Source: Minisyncoccota bacterium (lineage in GTDB: Bacteria > Patescibacteriota > Minisyncoccia > Phycocordibacterales > PALSA-1337). From it: a stretch of 63,588 bases of DNA. Below the pieces are notes generated by a model, which saw only the letters and a program-made list of their open reading frames with translations, had not been told where the DNA came from and did not search any database. Each line of letters opens with the position of its first letter. Position 1 is the stretch's first letter. Made by a program: the position numbers and the translations under genes. Below are positions 62,708 to 63,588 of this stretch, piece by piece. The stretch spans positions 1-63,588 of the forward strand of contig JBAZBL010000007.1 of the NCBI GenBank assembly GCA_041671485.1, read 5' to 3'.

Positions 62708-63588
62708 ATGAAAAGGATCAAGAAATATATCAAAAATAAATATGTTATTGGAAGCTTGGTACTCCTATTTATTATAATTGTGATAATTTTGCGAAGTGGT
62801 AGTTCTAATAGTGGCTTTGAATATGCAGAAGTAAAGATAGGCAATGTATCTGAACGTGTAGGTATCACAGGACAAGTCATGCCTATAGACAAAGCCGATC
62901 TTTCATTTGGCAAAAGTGGCATCGTACAAACAATAGCAGTCAAAGTCGGTGATAAAGTCGAAAGGGGCCAATTGATAGCGACATTAGACAGTTCAACAGA
63001 TAAAGCAACTCTTGCAAGTGCAGAAGCAGAGCTCGCTGAAATAACTAGAGGATTGAGACCAGAAGAATATGCATCCGATGAATCTGCTGTCAATGTAGCA
63101 ATGATTGCTCTCAATAATTCCAAGAAAAGTGCTTTGGATTCATTTCGTGATGGTTATGTAAAAGCTCAAGGAGCTATCACAAATTATACAGATACTTTTT
63201 TTAACAATCCACAAAGTGCCAATCCAACAATAAATATAAGAACCTCATCATATACATTTGAAAATGCAATCAATACAAAAAGAATAAGCGTTACAGAAAA
63301 CATAAATAAATGGAAGAAAGATATTGATTTATCTACAACAAATCCAGATGCTTTAGCATTACTTACAAAAGCAGATGTATACCTATCTATAATAAAGAGC
63401 TATATGAGTGAGCTTTCTGGCATCGTAAATGATTTGAATCCAGGCAATTCTGGATTGACTCAAGCGACAATAGATAGTTATGTAACTTCTATGAATAATG
63501 CACTTTCTGGTCTAAATCAAGCAATACTTTCTATTACTTCCGCAGAAACCACATTGAGGAATTCAATTATTGCTTATGATCAAGCAAA
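62708..63588 (+). CDS. HlyD/MacA-family periplasmic adaptor (partial; runs off the window)
   Basis: ATG 62708, open to the window end (293 codons translated by hand with no stop). TM anchor, then the lipoyl-like motif ...VKVGDKVERGQLIATLD. The antisense ORF 62575..63123 is spurious. Confidence 0.7.
   Translation, partial: MKRIKKYIKNKYVIGSLVLLFIIIVIILRSGSSNSGFEYAEVKIGNVSERVGITGQVMPIDKADLSFGKSGIVQTIAVKVGDKVERGQLIATLDSSTDKATLASAEAELAEITRGLRPEEYASDESAVNVAMIALNNSKKSALDSFRDGYVKAQGAITNYTDTFFNNPQSANPTINIRTSSYTFENAINTKRISVTENINKWKKDIDLSTTNPDALALLTKADVYLSIIKSYMSELSGIVNDLNPGNSGLTQATIDSYVTSMNNALSGLNQAILSITSAETTLRNSIIAYDQA

Noticed and set aside
62575-63123. ORF 62575..63123 (minus, 182 aa)
   Set aside because: It is antisense to a clear HlyD-family adaptor gene that starts at 62708 and runs off the window. 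The translation is low-complexity and not protein-like.

Overview
A 63.6-kb AT-rich bacterial chromosome segment (about one-third GC by eye). It is gene-dense, and most genes are on the minus strand. The gene content fits a small-genome Patescibacteria/CPR-like organism, but that assignment is inference only. Supporting traits are an archaeal-type AspRS, a class II B12-dependent RNR, a LemA/TPM pair, a short SMC, many small membrane-anchored hypotheticals, and native genes that mostly lack Shine-Dalgarno sequences and are often leaderless.

Housekeeping calls I am confident in: lepA, murJ, RNase P RNA, nrdJ, groES/groEL, secG, RNase J, eno, gpmA, smc, rnc, nusB (fused to a Nudix-like domain), rpmF, cyclophilin, a DHH phosphoesterase, aspS, and four tRNAs (Phe-GAA, Arg-CCT, Gly-CCC, Ser-GGA).

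The AT-rich backbone is interrupted by visibly GC-richer islands at about 1-1260, 14335-14714, 39734-40025, 45300-50060, 53700-54165 and 56550-58420. These carry hypothetical, nuclease, Nudix and secreted-protein genes, some with strong SD sites.

The most interesting signals are non-coding:
1. Two ~190-nt nested-hairpin elements (13549-13738 and 17877-18069). They share four collinear conserved blocks while every helix covaries, including 27-28-bp perfect closing stems of unrelated sequence.
2. A GC-rich ~85-nt palindromic repeat family with compensatory changes. One copy sits in frame inside smc.
3. A ~630-nt GC-rich, ORF-free transcription unit with its own consensus promoter and terminator (60255-60954).
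4. Arrays of ATTTTATC direct repeats with 11-bp phasing at two loci that share a 35-nt block. One array lies immediately downstream of an orphan OmpR-type response regulator.

Other items: an R-M/Nudix/NYN operon, a deletion-scarred phosphonopyruvate-decarboxylase-like pseudogene cluster, a frameshift-split type IV coupling-ATPase-like gene, and a 690-aa protein with five tandem ~70-aa modules. No CRISPR array, rRNA or recognisable transposase was found.
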